Shown here piece after piece: positions 26,404-28,041 of a stretch of 28,041 nucleotides of DNA. Origin of the DNA: a virus. Taxonomy: Duplodnaviria; Caudoviricetes. The position numbers and the translations under genes were made by a program. A model generated the notes under the pieces. The model saw only the letters and a program-made list of their open reading frames with translations, ran no database searches and was not told where the DNA came from. How positions within the stretch are numbered: the first letter of the stretch is position 1; each line of letters opens with the position of its first letter. The DNA lies in IMG/VR virus record IMGVR_UViG_3300037047_000310, positions 1 to 28,041 of that record, one strand, 5' to 3'.

Positions 26404-26943
26404 GTGACGACCAATCTCATCCCGGTGTTCCAGGGCGAGCTGCAAGGCTGCGCTCAGCAGCTTTGCGATGCTCAGGAGCTACACCTTTTCATGGGCGTGC
26501 AAACCCGTTTTAACGATTGGGTAAGCCGCCGTATTGACCAATACGGCTTTGTTGAAGGTGAAGACTTTTACTCATTCGTGAGTAAAAGCGACGGTGGCCG
26601 ACCTGCAACTGCATACCACCTCACCCTCGACATGGCGAAGGAGTTGGCCATGGTCGAGAACAACGACCAGGGCAGGCAGGTGCGCCGTTACTTCATCGCC
26701 ATGGAGCGCCAGGCGCGTGAAAGCCGGGGTGCTTCTTACCTCAGCATGAACCACCAGCTGGCCATGCATCGGCAGATCCCCAAGCTGATCGGCCAGCTGA
26801 AGGCGGAAACCGTGCCGGCCATCCGCGCAACGCTGTACGCCCAGCTCACCCAGCACTGCCACCAGCTCGCCATCCCGGCGCCGGCGATGGAATGCGTGGG
26901 CCGCAGCGTGCAGCCGCCGGCCGATCTGTTCGACGCCCGGTAA
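26404..26943 (+). CDS. AntA/AntB-family antirepressor
   Basis: DAQELH.F....RFNDW..RRI.QYGF.EGEDF and Y.LTLDMAKELAMVE....GRQVRRYFI.ME; GTG start with AGGAG RBS. Confidence 0.88.
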   Translation: MTTNLIPVFQGELQGCAQQLCDAQELHLFMGVQTRFNDWVSRRIDQYGFVEGEDFYSFVSKSDGGRPATAYHLTLDMAKELAMVENNDQGRQVRRYFIAMERQARESRGASYLSMNHQLAMHRQIPKLIGQLKAETVPAIRATLYAQLTQHCHQLAIPAPAMECVGRSVQPPADLFDAR

Positions 26944-27073
26944 GCACCACCGTTACAGCTCCAAGCGCACCGGGCGTGCGCTGGAGTCTGCGCAAATAGC
27001 AAGTGGGCGCCCAGGCGCCAGAACGTACCGGCATTGGCCGGGGCCGGGGCTACCGGCAAAGGGGAGGGGATTC

Positions 27074-27391
27074 ATGAGCGTAGCGAACAACGGCGGGTAC
27101 CGATGCATCTGCCCCGCGTGCGGGCACCGGATGCGCATCCGCAACAGCGAGGCGCAGACGCCGACCTACAAAACGATGTACGCGCAGTGCCTGAACATGG
27201 CCTGCGGCGCGACCTACACCGGCTCGCTGAGCTGGGATTTTGCCCTGAGCCCTTCGGGCCTGGACCAGCCGCGCGTGGTGCTGCCCCTGGCGCCCTCGGT
27301 GCAGCGGATGCAGGCGCTGCGCGACCACCGCGAGAAGACCGATCAGCTCGACATGCTGGACCACATGGAACCGGAGGCAGCACACGCATGA
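27074..27391 (+). CDS. ogr: Ogr/Delta-family zinc-finger late-gene activator
   Basis: CPACG...R.S.......Y.QC.N..CG.T......ALSPS, a C4 zinc finger. Confidence 0.9.
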   Translation: MSVANNGGYRCICPACGHRMRIRNSEAQTPTYKTMYAQCLNMACGATYTGSLSWDFALSPSGLDQPRVVLPLAPSVQRMQALRDHREKTDQLDMLDHMEPEAAHA

Positions 27392-27771
27392 ACACCATCA
27401 CTCTGACAACGGGCAGCGCCCAGGAATACCGCAGCACCATGCAGGGCGCGGCGCGGAGCTTTCTGCAACGCCACCAGGGCGAGCACCTGCTCGACGATGG
27501 CCGGCTGTTCGACCGTGCGGTGCAGTACCTGGTCACCAGCCTGGAGGTGCCGGTGTTCATGGCCGACCGCCTGGTGCACCTCGCCCAGAGCGAGCTGGAA
27601 TGCCTCAAGCGCCCGGTGATCGGCATCGACTACTCCACCGGCACGGACGAGTCCCGTCGCGTCACCCTGGTCAATTTTTTTTCGGGCGAAGCGGTATTAA
27701 TCCCTGCCCGTTACCTGCCCGCGCGCTTGCAGCCGCCGGCGGCGGCGCTGGCTGCAGCAGCCACGCACTGA
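27388..27771 (+). CDS. Hypothetical early phage protein
   Basis: 127 aa from ATG 27388, which overlaps the ogr stop (ATGA); GGAGG RBS. Confidence 0.7.
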   Translation: MNTITLTTGSAQEYRSTMQGAARSFLQRHQGEHLLDDGRLFDRAVQYLVTSLEVPVFMADRLVHLAQSELECLKRPVIGIDYSTGTDESRRVTLVNFFSGEAVLIPARYLPARLQPPAAALAAAATH

Positions 27772-27846
27772 CAACCCCTTGAATTGACCCCATCCCATGC
27801 CCGCCTTTGCGCGGGTAGGGGAAAGTTGCGCCCGCACGGTGGCCCC

Positions 27847-28041
27847 ATGAGCACGAACGTTTCCATCCAAATCCAGCTGAGCCCGCACCAGGCCGAGGCC
27901 TATCTGCGCTGGCTGACCAGCCAGTATGAGCAACTGATGGCGGCCTGCTGGTACGACGACAGCTACCGCTTCACACCCGCCGGTTTCCGTGGCCCGCGCA
28001 TCCTGCGCGACCACCCGCACATCGCGGGCATCAACCGCACC
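27847..28041 (+). CDS. Hypothetical early phage protein, truncated by the window end
   Basis: ATG 27847 opens MSTNVSIQIQLSPHQAEAYLRWL... with no stop before the edge; phage-like codon usage. Confidence 0.6.
   Translation, partial: MSTNVSIQIQLSPHQAEAYLRWLTSQYEQLMAACWYDDSYRFTPAGFRGPRILRDHPHIAGINRT

Larger units (their letters stand above)
1..28041. mobile_element. P2-like (phiCTX/186-type) temperate phage/prophage, partial; extends beyond both window edges
   Basis: Canonical P2 synteny Q-P / O-N-M-L-X-lysis-R-S-V-W-J-I-H-G-FI-FII-E-T-U-D, plus a repressor switch and ogr. Confidence 0.97.

Overview
The window is the core of a P2-family (phiCTX/186-like, contractile-tailed) temperate phage or prophage with high GC, most likely from a Pseudomonas-group host (inferred from gene content and the acr-aca1 locus). 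Left to right: portal Q and terminase P on the - strand; then on the + strand head genes O-N-M-L, tail X, a lysis cassette, tail/baseplate R-S-V-W-J-I, an expanded tail-fibre region, and FI-FII-E/E'-T-U-D. After D comes an anti-CRISPR operon (acrIE5-like plus aca1, with a sigma70 promoter carrying an Aca1 operator). A leftward block follows: cI, secreted thermonuclease, membrane-anchored WYL protein and XRE HTH. The window ends in the early region (cro/ner-like, ymfL-like, antA, ogr). The integrase, replication gene and cos site are not in the window. Most interesting: (1) a 157-aa mini-terminase ATPase gene inside the lysis cassette, (2) the acr-aca1 locus, (3) the nuclease/WYL/HTH cargo downstream of cI, (4) four extra genes between baseplate I and the tail fibre, (5) four late promoters sharing a TGT-N13-ACA box exactly 34 nt from the -10. 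All homology calls come from motif recognition and synteny, not database searches.
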